Shown: in pieces, positions 29,916 to 39,824 of the stretch | How the letters are laid out: each line of letters begins with the position of its first letter | Position numbering within the stretch: the first letter of the stretch is position 1 | Virus record (IMG/VR): IMGVR_UViG_3300029955_000004 | Coordinates: 62,001-125,141 of that record | Direction: 5' to 3' (one strand) | From: an uncultured virus (IMG/VR IMGVR_UViG_3300029955_000004) | Lineage: Duplodnaviria; Heunggongvirae; Uroviricota; Caudoviricetes | Length of the DNA stretch: 63,141 nucleotides | Notes under the pieces: model-generated | Told to the model about the DNA's origin: nothing | The model's database searches: none | Seen by the model: only the letters and a program-made list of their open reading frames with translations | Made by a program: the position numbers and the translations under genes

Positions 29916-30365
29916 ATGGAAAGCACTAGAGTGTTCTGTGGTTTTCCCGGCGTTGGAAAATCTACACTAGTTAACAATAATCATTTAATATCTCAAAAAG
30001 TATTAGATTCTGATAGTAGCAAATTTGATAAACAATATTTTCCAGATAATTATATTTCTCATATCAAAGAAACAATCGAAAATAATAAATATATTTTAGC
30101 ATCTACACATAAAACTGTTAGAGATGCTTTAGCCATAAATAAAATACGGTATTTTATTTTTATGCCAGAGTATGGATTGAAAGATGAATATATTGAGCGA
30201 TATATAAAGAGAGGTAGCCCAGAATCATTTGTAAAGCTGATGGATGATAATTGGGATTCTTTTTGGGCTAGCTGTCAGTCAGATACCGAATGCATCAGTA
30301 TAGTTTATATGAAACGTGGAGAAGTTTTATCTAAATATATGGAGTTGTTTGGTGTCATTACTTAA
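29916..30365 (+). CDS. P-loop nucleotide-kinase-like protein
   Basis: GFPGVGKS Walker A; LDSDSS. Confidence 0.7.
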   Translation: MESTRVFCGFPGVGKSTLVNNNHLISQKVLDSDSSKFDKQYFPDNYISHIKETIENNKYILASTHKTVRDALAINKIRYFIFMPEYGLKDEYIERYIKRGSPESFVKLMDDNWDSFWASCQSDTECISIVYMKRGEVLSKYMELFGVIT

Positions 30366-30401
30366 TTATGATCTAAACAGACAAAACAAAAAGGATAAAA
30401 G

Positions 30402-30602
30402 ATGAAAAAGAATATGCAAGGTATAACTATATGGAGATTAAATAATTTAATTGAACATTCTAAAGAAAATTTCGTTAATGTTGATAAAGGATGGATTCCT
30501 TGCAGACCACTCGGTTGTTTTGGTTTTAGATATAAATTAAAAGCTATTTTAATGGTTCTTAGAGGCGAAGCTGATGTTGTTATATGGCCAAAGATATGTT
30601 AA
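30402..30602 (+). CDS. Hypothetical protein
   Basis: 66-aa ORF with AAGGA RBS. Confidence 0.6.
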   Translation: MKKNMQGITIWRLNNLIEHSKENFVNVDKGWIPCRPLGCFGFRYKLKAILMVLRGEADVVIWPKIC

Positions 30603-30617
30603 TGATCTTTATGGAGT

Positions 30618-30881
30618 ATGTCAATGAGAGAAGATCTACTACGAAGTGATCCACAAGGTATTATAATAAAAACTATACAAGAATGTAGTGAAGTTATTTT
30701 AGCACTTACAAAACTACAAACATTTGGAAATGTTGCTACAGATCCAAAAACAAATATTACATATGACAATATAAAAGATGTATTAGACGAAGTTAAAGAT
30801 ATGGAACATGCAGTTTCTAAATTAAGAAAAATATTAGATTACAAAACGAACTGTAAACTTGAAACAGGAGAAACGACGTGA
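30618..30881 (+). CDS. MazG-like NTP pyrophosphatase-fold protein
   Basis: IQECSEVI...DEVKDM acidic helical motifs; adjacent to thyA. Confidence 0.5.
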   Translation: MSMREDLLRSDPQGIIIKTIQECSEVILALTKLQTFGNVATDPKTNITYDNIKDVLDEVKDMEHAVSKLRKILDYKTNCKLETGETT

Positions 30882-31843
30882 GACAATATAAACAACTTTT
30901 ACATCATATTAAAGTGAATGGTAGACCTTTTATGGATCGTACTGGTACCGGATGCCTTGGTGTCTTTGGTAGTATGGTCCAATTTAATGTCGAAGATTCT
31001 ATTCCTATTTTGACTGCGAAGTATGTTAATATAAAAAATATTATCCATGAACTATTATGGTTCTTATCTGGTGATACCAATATTAAATATCTTGTTGAAA
31101 ATAATGTTCATATTTGGACAGACTGGCCGTTAAAGAAATATAATAATGATTCCGGCTGTGCTATTTTAAATAGAAAAGAGTTTGAAGATGCTATTATGAC
31201 AGTTGCTGGATTTTCTGAAAAATGGGGTGATATTGGCCCTTGTTATGGAAAACAGTGGCGTAACTGGAAAGGTAAAATAAATAGTGCTACTCCTATTTTT
31301 ACCAACAGATCAAAAGACAATTTACATGGTATAATTGATATTGAATATGAATATCACGATCAAATTAAAAATATTATTGATGCAATTAATAATAATCCTA
31401 CTGATCGTGGTATTATTTTAAGTGGCTGGAATGTTGCCGATCTCAATGGAATGGCACTTCGTCCATGTCACACGATGTATCAGTTTAAAGCATATCCGGA
31501 TACAAAACAGTTATCTATGATTCAATATTGTCGTTCTCAAGATTTATTCTTAGGGACTCCTTACAATTGGGTTTCTGGTACTCTCTTATTAAAAATGATT
31601 GCTCAAGTTACTGGTTATACTCCATATGAATTTATTTGGGATGGTGGTGATGTACATCTTTATAATAACCATATGGAACAGGTTGAAAAATATTTAGATC
31701 TTCCTACATTTAAATTACCTAATATTGCTATTGATCAATCTGTTATAAATATAGATTATTTTAAGTTTGAACATTTTGATATTGAAAAGTTTGAACAAAA
31801 TTATAAACACGGTCCTTTTATTCCTGCCCCTGTTGCTGTTTGA
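30878..31843 (+). CDS. thyA: Thymidylate synthase
   Basis: DRTGTG, ELLWFLSGDTNI, MALRPCH, RSQDLFLGTPYN, GDVHLYNNH, C-terminal APVAV. Confidence 0.97.
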   Translation: MRQYKQLLHHIKVNGRPFMDRTGTGCLGVFGSMVQFNVEDSIPILTAKYVNIKNIIHELLWFLSGDTNIKYLVENNVHIWTDWPLKKYNNDSGCAILNRKEFEDAIMTVAGFSEKWGDIGPCYGKQWRNWKGKINSATPIFTNRSKDNLHGIIDIEYEYHDQIKNIIDAINNNPTDRGIILSGWNVADLNGMALRPCHTMYQFKAYPDTKQLSMIQYCRSQDLFLGTPYNWVSGTLLLKMIAQVTGYTPYEFIWDGGDVHLYNNHMEQVEKYLDLPTFKLPNIAIDQSVINIDYFKFEHFDIEKFEQNYKHGPFIPAPVAV

Positions 31844-31850
31844 TTCTATC

Positions 31851-31883
31851 AGTAGATGGAGTGCCATTGGCACTCCATCTACT
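31851..31883 (+). terminator. Hairpin after thyA
   Basis: AGTAGATGGAGTGCCA-T-TGGCACTCCATCTACT. Confidence 0.7.
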
Positions 31884-31892
31884 ATTTAGATA

Positions 31893-32000
31893 TATATTAC
31901 ACGTTTGTAACGATTTAATTTTGGCGCTTTGAAAAGTGTACTTCCTTTTTAAATAGATATATATTACTTAAATGAATAAGTTCACTTCTTGAGTGAGCTT
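31893..32000 (+). promoter_or_regulatory. Tandem early promoters (TATATTAC at 31893 and 31960); the second carries the conserved leader hairpin
   Basis: Two exact motifs; AAGTTCACTT-CTT-GAGTGAGCTT hairpin. Confidence 0.7.
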
Positions 32001-32048
32001 TGTTGACTTAAAGGTACGTTGTTACCTATAATCTTGGGAGACTGTATC

Positions 32049-32234
32049 ATGGAAAAACTCATCGCGCGTGCTAAAGAAATCGGTGTGTGGCAAATCACTA
32101 TCGATATTATCATAAACAACCATATCTACAATGAAGATGAAAAGATCGCTGAGCTTACCAGAGTCATCGATATGTATGGTGTCCTCAGTAAGTCTGATGG
32201 TCAAATTGGCTCCGAGAATATGACTTGTCACTGA
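32049..32234 (+). CDS. Small hypothetical early protein
   Basis: GGGAG RBS before ATG 32049; palindrome 32260-32291 downstream. Confidence 0.65.
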   Translation: MEKLIARAKEIGVWQITIDIIINNHIYNEDEKIAELTRVIDMYGVLSKSDGQIGSENMTCH

Positions 32235-32409
32235 GTGTATATATAATTCAGATCTTACAAGATAGACAGGACCGTACGGTCCTGTCTATCTGTATCTATC
32301 ATATTTTTTATTTTTTCAAAAAGTGTAGTTGAAGATTATACAAATATATATTGTTATATTGAAGAAGAGATATAAAAATATCTCATAACCCTTTCTTATG
32401 GTGAATATC

Positions 32410-32727
32410 ATGACCATCATGACCGACGCCCATGCCGCTAAGCAGTACAATGCTACCTTCATCAATTCGGTTATTGCCGCCAAGGCCAAGACCGACTCCT
32501 CCAAGCAGCTCGTCCGCTTCTTCTTTGACTATCTGGTTGCTGCTGTGAAAAGCAAGACCAACGATAAGTCGTACATCGAACTCCCGATCAGTATGCTGGT
32601 TGCTGATTTCAGCACGGTTTACAATGCCGATATGAAATCTGTGTTTTCGACAGTGTTCGAATCCATCCGTTTGCTGAAGATCAAGAACATCCGCACCATG
32701 GACCAGAACATTCAAATCGTCTTTTAA
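32410..32727 (+). CDS. Hypothetical protein with GC-richer codon usage
   Basis: ORF followed by hairpin 32725-32756 and a T tract. Confidence 0.7.
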   Translation: MTIMTDAHAAKQYNATFINSVIAAKAKTDSSKQLVRFFFDYLVAAVKSKTNDKSYIELPISMLVADFSTVYNADMKSVFSTVFESIRLLKIKNIRTMDQNIQIVF

Positions 32728-32827
32728 GAAGGAGGGAATCTATTCCCTCCTTCTTATTTTTTGTTTTTAACCTTAAAATACTATAGACTGTAGCTTTCTT
32801 TATTTTTTAGAAAGGATCGAAGGTATT

Positions 32828-33649
32828 ATGGCTACATTAGAAGATGTCTCTCGTCTGGTATTTACAGTTGAAACTCTTTATACCCAGGATAATAAATCTT
32901 TAGGCGTTCTTCGTCCTGATGAAAATGGTTATTATGATACGCCTTTGGCAGCTTTGGGGATTCCCTCTCGTAACAATACTTATTACTATGTTAAGAATTT
33001 CTTAGACTCTATGACAAATAAAGATTCTCCTATAAACATCATGTTGACTGGTGGTAATTTGTATGGCGAATGGGGACATCCCATGCGTACGGATTATCCT
33101 GATGACGATACATTCTTACAGAGACTTCGTATTATTGATGAAAAGAAATATTCTCATCATATTAAATCTGTTTATACTGGAGATACTTTAGAGAATGGTG
33201 GTAAGTTAGTTAGAGGATTAGTGAAACCTTATGGTCCTTATGGCCATTGTGTTGAGCAGAACTTTGCTGAACGATTCATGAATACTTCATTTAGTTTAAG
33301 AGCTATCGTTGATCAACAGATTAAAAACAATTTGGCTATGAGAACTATTAAATCTCTTTATACATTCGATGCTGTTGGTGTTGGTGGTTATGCTGAAGCT
33401 TCTAAGCGTTTCAGTGGTGCCACAGAGTCACTTGAACGAATGGATATTAAGTTATCATTAGATACCATTACAACAACTGAGTTTGGTCTTGAGTGTTTTA
33501 CACAATCAGAAATTAATGATTTAATGAAATCTAAGAAGGTTATTGTTGGTAAGACTACTGTTAATCTTATTAAAGTTAATGACAGTTATAGATCAGAAGA
33601 TAAAGCTAGGTCTATCTTTACTGAAGCTATGAAATTGACAAGACGTTAA
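32828..33649 (+). CDS. Prohead (head maturation) serine protease (phiKZ gp175-like)
   Basis: LYGEWGHP, IDEKKYSHHI, VKPYGPYG, NTSFSLRA motifs. Confidence 0.85.
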   Translation: MATLEDVSRLVFTVETLYTQDNKSLGVLRPDENGYYDTPLAALGIPSRNNTYYYVKNFLDSMTNKDSPINIMLTGGNLYGEWGHPMRTDYPDDDTFLQRLRIIDEKKYSHHIKSVYTGDTLENGGKLVRGLVKPYGPYGHCVEQNFAERFMNTSFSLRAIVDQQIKNNLAMRTIKSLYTFDAVGVGGYAEASKRFSGATESLERMDIKLSLDTITTTEFGLECFTQSEINDLMKSKKVIVGKTTVNLIKVNDSYRSEDKARSIFTEAMKLTRR

Positions 33650-33654
33650 AGTTG

Positions 33655-33719
33655 ACATAGTGAGGATGGCGTCTGCCATCCTCACTATGTATTTAAATCT
33701 CATTTTAAGTATATATTAC
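33655..33719 (+). promoter_or_regulatory. Hairpin (33655-33690) followed by early promoter TATATTAC (33712-33719)
   Basis: ACATAGTGAGGATGGC-GTCT-GCCATCCTCACTATGT; 33700-33719 is identical to 60642-60661. Confidence 0.7.
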
Positions 33720-33760
33720 ATTATTGTACACGAACGATTTTGTTCATACGGAGAAACACC

Positions 33761-34288
33761 ATGGCTGTTCTTAAACTGAGTGAAGTCTTGACTACAGATC
33801 AGATTCGTCAGAAATATCGTTATATTGCTATTTTGTTTTCACAAGATCCTAAGAAATACATTTTCAAAAAACAAGCACTTTGTGATGATTTGAGATATAG
33901 TAATCTTAAAGAATTAGCCGATGAAGAAGAAATTCTCCATAATAGGTTTATGATGGACATTTCAGTTGGTCGTAATTACTTGGAATATGAAACTATTCAA
34001 AAATTATCGACTGAAACATTTCCTATCATACATGAAAAGATTGAACGTCTTGCTAGTCAGGATGATATTGATATGGTTGTTATTAACACAACCACCGTTG
34101 AAAACAGTGAAGAACTTTTTGAGAAAAACGCCCATATCGTTATTTCATCTGAAGAAGAACATGTTGCAGCATTGGCGCGCATTGATATTCTTATGAATGC
34201 TGAGGAGGGAACTCTTGAAGCTGATGAGTTAGCGACGCTTGCTTCAGCAGTCCAACTATATGAAAAATATAAGTTTCCATTAGGTTAA
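33761..34288 (+). CDS. Protein with C-terminal HigA-antitoxin-like helical module
   Basis: ISSEEEHVAALARIDILMNAEEGTLEADELATLASAVQLYEKYKFPL; GGAG RBS before ATG 33761. Confidence 0.7.
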   Translation: MAVLKLSEVLTTDQIRQKYRYIAILFSQDPKKYIFKKQALCDDLRYSNLKELADEEEILHNRFMMDISVGRNYLEYETIQKLSTETFPIIHEKIERLASQDDIDMVVINTTTVENSEELFEKNAHIVISSEEEHVAALARIDILMNAEEGTLEADELATLASAVQLYEKYKFPLG

Positions 34289-34424
34289 TAACTGATTTGA
34301 AATATATGTAGGGGGTGACATCATCACCCCCTTAAGATCTATTTATAATTATTGTTTTATTTTTTTAATAAAATAGTATTTTTTAATATTTTATAAGAAA
34401 CCTATTTTTATTAGGAGTATTTAT

Positions 34425-37331
34425 ATGACGGTTCTTTATAAAGAAGATTGGGTAAGGAAAAACGCATTTGTTCATTCTAATACACAAAATAAGTCATTTA
34501 TTAGAGCAAGTTTATTATTAGAAAGTATGGGAATTAAGAATTGTCTATTTCCATTAACTATCTATGATAAAGACTTAATGAATATAGATCCTCATAAATT
34601 AAATGATAATTCAGTAGAATTAAGAATGAGAATAGCTATTGAGTGTAAACGAAATGTTTGGTATTATGTAAGAGAAGTTGTTAGAGTTGGTGCACAAGGT
34701 TCAGATCCTATTCCATTTAATGCAGATCGTGGTAATATAGCCATGATTTGGGTATTTGAAAATAATTTCCATTACATGAGTATCCAGCCCAGACAGACTG
34801 GAAAAGAACAACCATTAACAGCTAATGTTAAGACTCCAAATGGTTGGATAAAAATGGGTGATATTAAAGTTAGCGACGATGTCATTGCCCACGATGGAAC
34901 AACTGTAAAAGTAAAAGGTGTTTATCCGCAAGGAATTAAACCTGTTTACAAAATAACTTTTGAAGATGGAAGATCTACAGAATGCGGTGAAGAACATCTT
35001 TGGAAGATCTATAATAAATATGAATTATCACAGAATCCTACAACAGAGGTCGTTTCATTAGATAGAATAAAAGATCTTATTAATGATTATCCTAATATAA
35101 AATCTTTATTAAGTATACCCCTTATTACATCAGAAATAAAAGACGATGTTAATCTTCCAGTAGATCCATATATGTTTGGTAATTTATGTAGAGGTGAAAA
35201 TATTCCAGAAGATTATTTAAATGCATCAACTTCTCAGAGGTTATCACTTCTTAGAGGTATTATGACGAATTTATTTATATCAAATAAAATAGGAGATATT
35301 TCATATTCTGTAGAAAGTTTAAAAGCTGTAAATAATATAAAATATTTAGTCCGTAGTTTAGGCGGAATATGTAGAAGTGTTGAAAGAGATGATTCTTATG
35401 ATCTTTATATCAAGTTGAATAACCAACAGAATAAATTAAGTTTAGGTATTTCTAATATAGAATTTGTAGGATATAAAGAAACACAATGTATTGAAATTGA
35501 TCATCCTGATCACTTATATGTAACTGATGATTTTGTCGTTACTCATAATACAACATGCGCTGTTGTGTTAACTTCATATGTTATTTATATTAGAGGTAAG
35601 AATTTTAACTTTGGATTATATACTAAAGACAGTGATCTTGTTCATGCAAATGTGCAGCGTTTAAAAATGGTTAAAGATAATCTTCCTAAATATCTTATTC
35701 ATAAGTCTACTAGGGATGCTGATAATAAAGAAGGATTGTCTTATAATGTATTAAATAATAACTATATTACGTTTATTGGATCTAAAGATAAACAGGCCGC
35801 CGATAACCTTGGTCGCGGTATGACCGGACCGGCATATCATTTCGATGAGCCAGCTTATACCAATAATATCAATATTACATATCCGGTTATGATGTCTTCT
35901 ACAAATGCTGCTGTCGAATCTGCTCGTAAAAATGGTATGCCGCATTCAAATATATTGACAACAACAGCCGGTCGTACTGATACTGATCGTGGTAAATATG
36001 CATTTGAATTATTAACAGGATCATTATCATTCAGTGAAAGATTCTACGACTTAAAGAATAGAAAAGAATTGGAAACTATTGTTAAAAATAATTCTGGTAA
36101 TAATATCATCTCTGGTGTATTCTCGCATCTTATGCTTGGATTTAGTAATGAATGGTTAAATGAAAAGATCCGTAACTCTAATTCAACACAAGACGAAATT
36201 AATAAAGATTATTATAACATCTGGAGTACTGGTTCAGAACTCAGTATCTTGAAACAAGAAATATTGAAAAAGATCAATGAAAGTATTAGAGAACCAGATC
36301 ATGTCGAATTTATTCATGGTTATGTCATTAGTTGGTATATAAGTGAAGAAGAAAGAACGTCAGATCACTTTAAGAATAAACAATTTGTTTTGGGTATGGA
36401 TAGTTCAGAAAATATTGGTAGAGATTTTACAGCATTGGTCATGGTCGATATATCAACACTAGAAGTTGTAGCAACATTTAAATGTAATGAATCCAGTACA
36501 ACTAAAATTGCTATTTTTATTAGCGACTTCTTAGTCAAATATAAAAACGTCTTATTTATTCCTGAAAGAAAAAGTACTGGTGGTTCTATTACTGATCAGG
36601 TTCTTGAAATCTTTGAGAAATATAGGATCAATCCATTTAAACGTATTTATAATAAAGTGGTACAGGAGAGACAGGCTAATGAATATAAAGATGTTAAAAT
36701 AGACGATATTGATCTTTTATTAAAATATCCTGCTATTAGAAGGTTCTTAGGATTCACAACTCAAGAAAAGACTCGTGAATTCTTATATAAGAATGTTCTT
36801 AATAAAGCAGCAGAACTCAATGCAGATAAAATCATTGATAAAACATTAGCAAGTGAACTAAGTTGTTTGGCTATTGTTAATGGTAGAATAGATCACCAGA
36901 ATGGTAAACACGACGATATGGTTATTGCATATTTATTGTGCTGTTTTGTTATATTCTTTGGTAAGAATTTAGATTATTATGGAATTGACATTTCTGCACT
37001 GACTGATAATTACGATGTTAATGGTAATAAGATCGATAAAAGATATAGAGATAAACAGATTGCTTTCAGAAAAGAGATTTTAAAATTAGAAGATTTAATG
37101 GCAAATACAGCAAGTCTCGTACTAAAAGAATATTATAGAAAACAGATAGAAAATCTCAGAACTATTATTGATGAGGATCTTGTATTAGAACCTATTAGTG
37201 TTGCTGTTGTTAATAGTGTCGTTGAATCTTATGGTAAGCTTTATTCAGCAAATGAAATCAAGTCTAATGATAATTCTCCCGTTATGTCAGAAACACAAAT
37301 GTTAAATCTTGTAAAATTACTTCCATTATAA
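34425..37331 (+). CDS. terL: Terminase large subunit, intein-containing
   Basis: QPRQTGK[intein]TT Walker A, HFDEPAY Walker B, TTTAG, LGMDSSE nuclease motif, RIDH..GKHDDMVIA. Confidence 0.92.
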   Translation: MTVLYKEDWVRKNAFVHSNTQNKSFIRASLLLESMGIKNCLFPLTIYDKDLMNIDPHKLNDNSVELRMRIAIECKRNVWYYVREVVRVGAQGSDPIPFNADRGNIAMIWVFENNFHYMSIQPRQTGKEQPLTANVKTPNGWIKMGDIKVSDDVIAHDGTTVKVKGVYPQGIKPVYKITFEDGRSTECGEEHLWKIYNKYELSQNPTTEVVSLDRIKDLINDYPNIKSLLSIPLITSEIKDDVNLPVDPYMFGNLCRGENIPEDYLNASTSQRLSLLRGIMTNLFISNKIGDISYSVESLKAVNNIKYLVRSLGGICRSVERDDSYDLYIKLNNQQNKLSLGISNIEFVGYKETQCIEIDHPDHLYVTDDFVVTHNTTCAVVLTSYVIYIRGKNFNFGLYTKDSDLVHANVQRLKMVKDNLPKYLIHKSTRDADNKEGLSYNVLNNNYITFIGSKDKQAADNLGRGMTGPAYHFDEPAYTNNINITYPVMMSSTNAAVESARKNGMPHSNILTTTAGRTDTDRGKYAFELLTGSLSFSERFYDLKNRKELETIVKNNSGNNIISGVFSHLMLGFSNEWLNEKIRNSNSTQDEINKDYYNIWSTGSELSILKQEILKKINESIREPDHVEFIHGYVISWYISEEERTSDHFKNKQFVLGMDSSENIGRDFTALVMVDISTLEVVATFKCNESSTTKIAIFISDFLVKYKNVLFIPERKSTGGSITDQVLEIFEKYRINPFKRIYNKVVQERQANEYKDVKIDDIDLLLKYPAIRRFLGFTTQEKTREFLYKNVLNKAAELNADKIIDKTLASELSCLAIVNGRIDHQNGKHDDMVIAYLLCCFVIFFGKNLDYYGIDISALTDNYDVNGNKIDKRYRDKQIAFRKEILKLEDLMANTASLVLKEYYRKQIENLRTIIDEDLVLEPISVAVVNSVVESYGKLYSANEIKSNDNSPVMSETQMLNLVKLLPL
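34806..35549 (+). mobile_element. Class 3-type intein (248 aa) with decayed LAGLIDADG domain
   Basis: Begins EQPLTANVKTPNGW, ends YVTDDFVVTHN/T; EHLW, TQCIEI and VVTHN supply the W-C-T signature. Confidence 0.88.
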
Positions 37332-37342
37332 ATTCATCTTAA

Positions 37343-37368
37343 AGATAGGGGAGATATCTCCCCTATCT
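37343..37368. terminator. 26-bp perfect palindrome
   Basis: AGATAGGGGAGAT|ATCTCCCCTATCT. Confidence 0.65.
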
Positions 37369-37411
37369 AAGCCATCATATAGCTTTTCATATTGGCGACT
37401 GGGGGTCGTAT

Positions 37412-37621
37412 ATGGCCATAATGACTGCATGTTATTTTGCATATCTGTTATTAGGCTTCAGACTTTCTTTTATCCGTTTCATGGGAATCGATTATACAAA
37501 TATTGATATTGATAAAATAGGTGTCATTCGTATCGGAGTGACATTTACAATCCTTGCACTACTATTCCCACTGTATGCTATTTTAAATAAATCTGATCTT
37601 GAAAAGATCCTATCTGCATAG
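37412..37621 (+). CDS. Small two-helix membrane protein
   Basis: 69 aa with two hydrophobic segments. Confidence 0.55.
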   Translation: MAIMTACYFAYLLLGFRLSFIRFMGIDYTNIDIDKIGVIRIGVTFTILALLFPLYAILNKSDLEKILSA

Positions 37622-37636
37622 GAGGAATATGGTACT

Positions 37637-38878
37637 ATGGATCATATTTATCAAGAATTCAATAAATTAAACGTCGTTATAGATTCTAAGAAAATAGATG
37701 CAGTGAACGATATGTTAGTTTGTTTCGAAGTAAGAGGACAACATCCTCTCGTTTTTAATTCTCAGTATTTAGGTATTCATAAATGCGCATTTCTAGAAAA
37801 TGACAGTAATGCACTATTTGAAATATTTGGTGTTACGGCAGATCAGATTATAAATCATTTACAATCTATTCCAGCTATTAGAGAAATATCTGGTAAAGTA
37901 ACATCAGATCCATTCAATATGTTTTGTATCTGGTTACTTCATCTATCTTTTATTTTTATTCCAGATCAAAAAGCTAGACATGCTTTTATGCTTAACATTT
38001 CAAAATATCTCCATTATAGATTCTTTACATCTATTGTTAATTATAATTTTGGTCTAGGTGTTGATGAGAAAACAATGGTTGCTACTGTCAATAACTTGTC
38101 TAAGAAATACGATATTGTTGTTTATGGTACATGGAAGAAAGTGATCGAAGAAAGATGTAAGGATCTTATTTCTGATCAGAGTATTCATATTCATTATTTG
38201 AAAGATGGAAAACCTGATAATAAAATTATTTATGTTTTGACTGATATCAATACAAGAATTAGAGCTAGACTTTACAATGTTATTGGTGAGTTTTATATGA
38301 ATAGAGATAGAGGAACTGCTATTTCAAATAGATCCTCTACTACAGAATATGAAGGTGAAAAAGTATTAGTCCATACATCTTCTATTCAAGATGCTATGAT
38401 CAGTAATTTAACTATGGAAGTTATTAACGAAAGAACCTTTGTTCATAAAGAAACAGTAAAATATATCATTAGATCTTTTCCAAGTGTATCCGAAAGCATG
38501 TTAACAGACGCTTTAGTTAAAATAGCCATGATAGCAGATGCTCAGAGTCATTCTAAAGAACAGAATTTAATAAAAATACAAGACGGGAAACCTTTGTATA
38601 TTGGTATCAAAGTTCTTATTACAAATCTAATCAAGAATTCATATGCATATTGTAAAAGAAATAAAATAGATATTTCTAACAGAAAAGAAATATTTGTTAA
38701 ATGTCTTAATATCTATTCGGCATCTAGAATCTCAGATGACGATATTGCAGCAGTTAAAGATAGCATTGTTCATCTTGTGGAAATTATGGGTGAAACTAAA
38801 AGAGAGGCTACTAAATCTTCTCTCAGATTGGCTATTATCATGTATATTCTTGTTAGAAGTTTTAGATTTATTAAATAA
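37637..38878 (+). CDS. Conserved phiKZ-like protein, probably virion-associated
   Basis: 413 aa; KVTSDPFN, YLHYRFFTS, LSKKYDI..YGTW, RLAIIMYILVR. Confidence 0.65.
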   Translation: MDHIYQEFNKLNVVIDSKKIDAVNDMLVCFEVRGQHPLVFNSQYLGIHKCAFLENDSNALFEIFGVTADQIINHLQSIPAIREISGKVTSDPFNMFCIWLLHLSFIFIPDQKARHAFMLNISKYLHYRFFTSIVNYNFGLGVDEKTMVATVNNLSKKYDIVVYGTWKKVIEERCKDLISDQSIHIHYLKDGKPDNKIIYVLTDINTRIRARLYNVIGEFYMNRDRGTAISNRSSTTEYEGEKVLVHTSSIQDAMISNLTMEVINERTFVHKETVKYIIRSFPSVSESMLTDALVKIAMIADAQSHSKEQNLIKIQDGKPLYIGIKVLITNLIKNSYAYCKRNKIDISNRKEIFVKCLNIYSASRISDDDIAAVKDSIVHLVEIMGETKREATKSSLRLAIIMYILVRSFRFIK

Positions 38879-38880
38879 TA

Positions 38881-38914
38881 TACAAGAGGATGGCCCGATG
38901 GCCATCCTCTTGTA
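38881..38914. terminator. Bidirectional hairpin between convergent genes
   Basis: TACAAGAGGATGGCC-CGAT-GGCCATCCTCTTGTA. Confidence 0.75.
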
Positions 38915-38923
38915 AGTGTCTAT

Positions 38924-39730
38924 TTAGATACTCATAAGCATAATACGTTCGATCGTATCGGGGTCTAAGAAAGCTCCGCCTCTAAATTCATCTATTAAAT
39001 CTTTATATCTATCAAATTCTTGTTTATAATCTTCAATGATATCTTTAAACTTTCCTAATTCTTGACCGCCGCTTAATTCAGCTTCATTTATTTTTAAAAT
39101 AAGTTTTGTATAAATATAACATTTCGTCATGCATAAACCAAGATCTGCTAAAGGAGCAACTGCATCATGGTGTAAATTTGTAAATTCTTTATCATATTCT
39201 AATCTACACGTCATAACCCAATCAACACTAAAGTTAGTCATAGGTGTCAGTTTAATAACATTACCTGTTTGTAAGACAGGAGTTGGTGTAATAACTTCAT
39301 TGGCAAGTGTTCTGCTGTCAATGGCGGCTTGTGCAAGATTATAAAGATTATTTCCTCTATCATTAAAATCGGTAGGATCTGACATTCTACTATAAGCAAA
39401 AGGATATGATAGGTCAGTAACAGCCGTAATATTCCTATGTTCTCTAACAGCAGGAGGGATTCTATAAACAGCGGACATATTAGAAGTTATAACACCAGAA
39501 ATTCCAGGAACGGGACTTGTTGGTTCCATAATACATTGACTTAGATAAATACGTTTTGTAGCACCAGCATAAATATTACAATCAGGAAGAACATATGCTT
39601 CAATAACAGTATCCATAATTCTTTGATCTAGTGTAACTTTCCATTTATTTGGCTCAAAAGCCACATCAAGAATTCCTTCAGGAATATGTAAATATATTTT
39701 TCTAAGTATTTGTTCAAAACCATTTATCAT
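38924..39730 (-). CDS. Conserved phiKZ-like virion structural protein
   Basis: 268 aa; HIPEGIL..AF, YRIP, KCYIY, ELSGGQELG.FKDIIEDY. Confidence 0.65.
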   Translation of the reverse strand: MINGFEQILRKIYLHIPEGILDVAFEPNKWKVTLDQRIMDTVIEAYVLPDCNIYAGATKRIYLSQCIMEPTSPVPGISGVITSNMSAVYRIPPAVREHRNITAVTDLSYPFAYSRMSDPTDFNDRGNNLYNLAQAAIDSRTLANEVITPTPVLQTGNVIKLTPMTNFSVDWVMTCRLEYDKEFTNLHHDAVAPLADLGLCMTKCYIYTKLILKINEAELSGGQELGKFKDIIEDYKQEFDRYKDLIDEFRGGAFLDPDTIERIMLMSI

Positions 39731-39824
39731 AAACAGTACTCCTTTTAGATGAAAAAATTAATTCATAAAATGTTAAGATATATATTATTAAAATAGCTTA
39801 TGGATAATTCCTCGGAGAATTTGT

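Noticed and set aside
30878..31843. dUMP/dCMP hydroxymethylase (modified-base pathway)
   Set aside because: Motifs are canonical ThyA, including the Asn in LGTPYN
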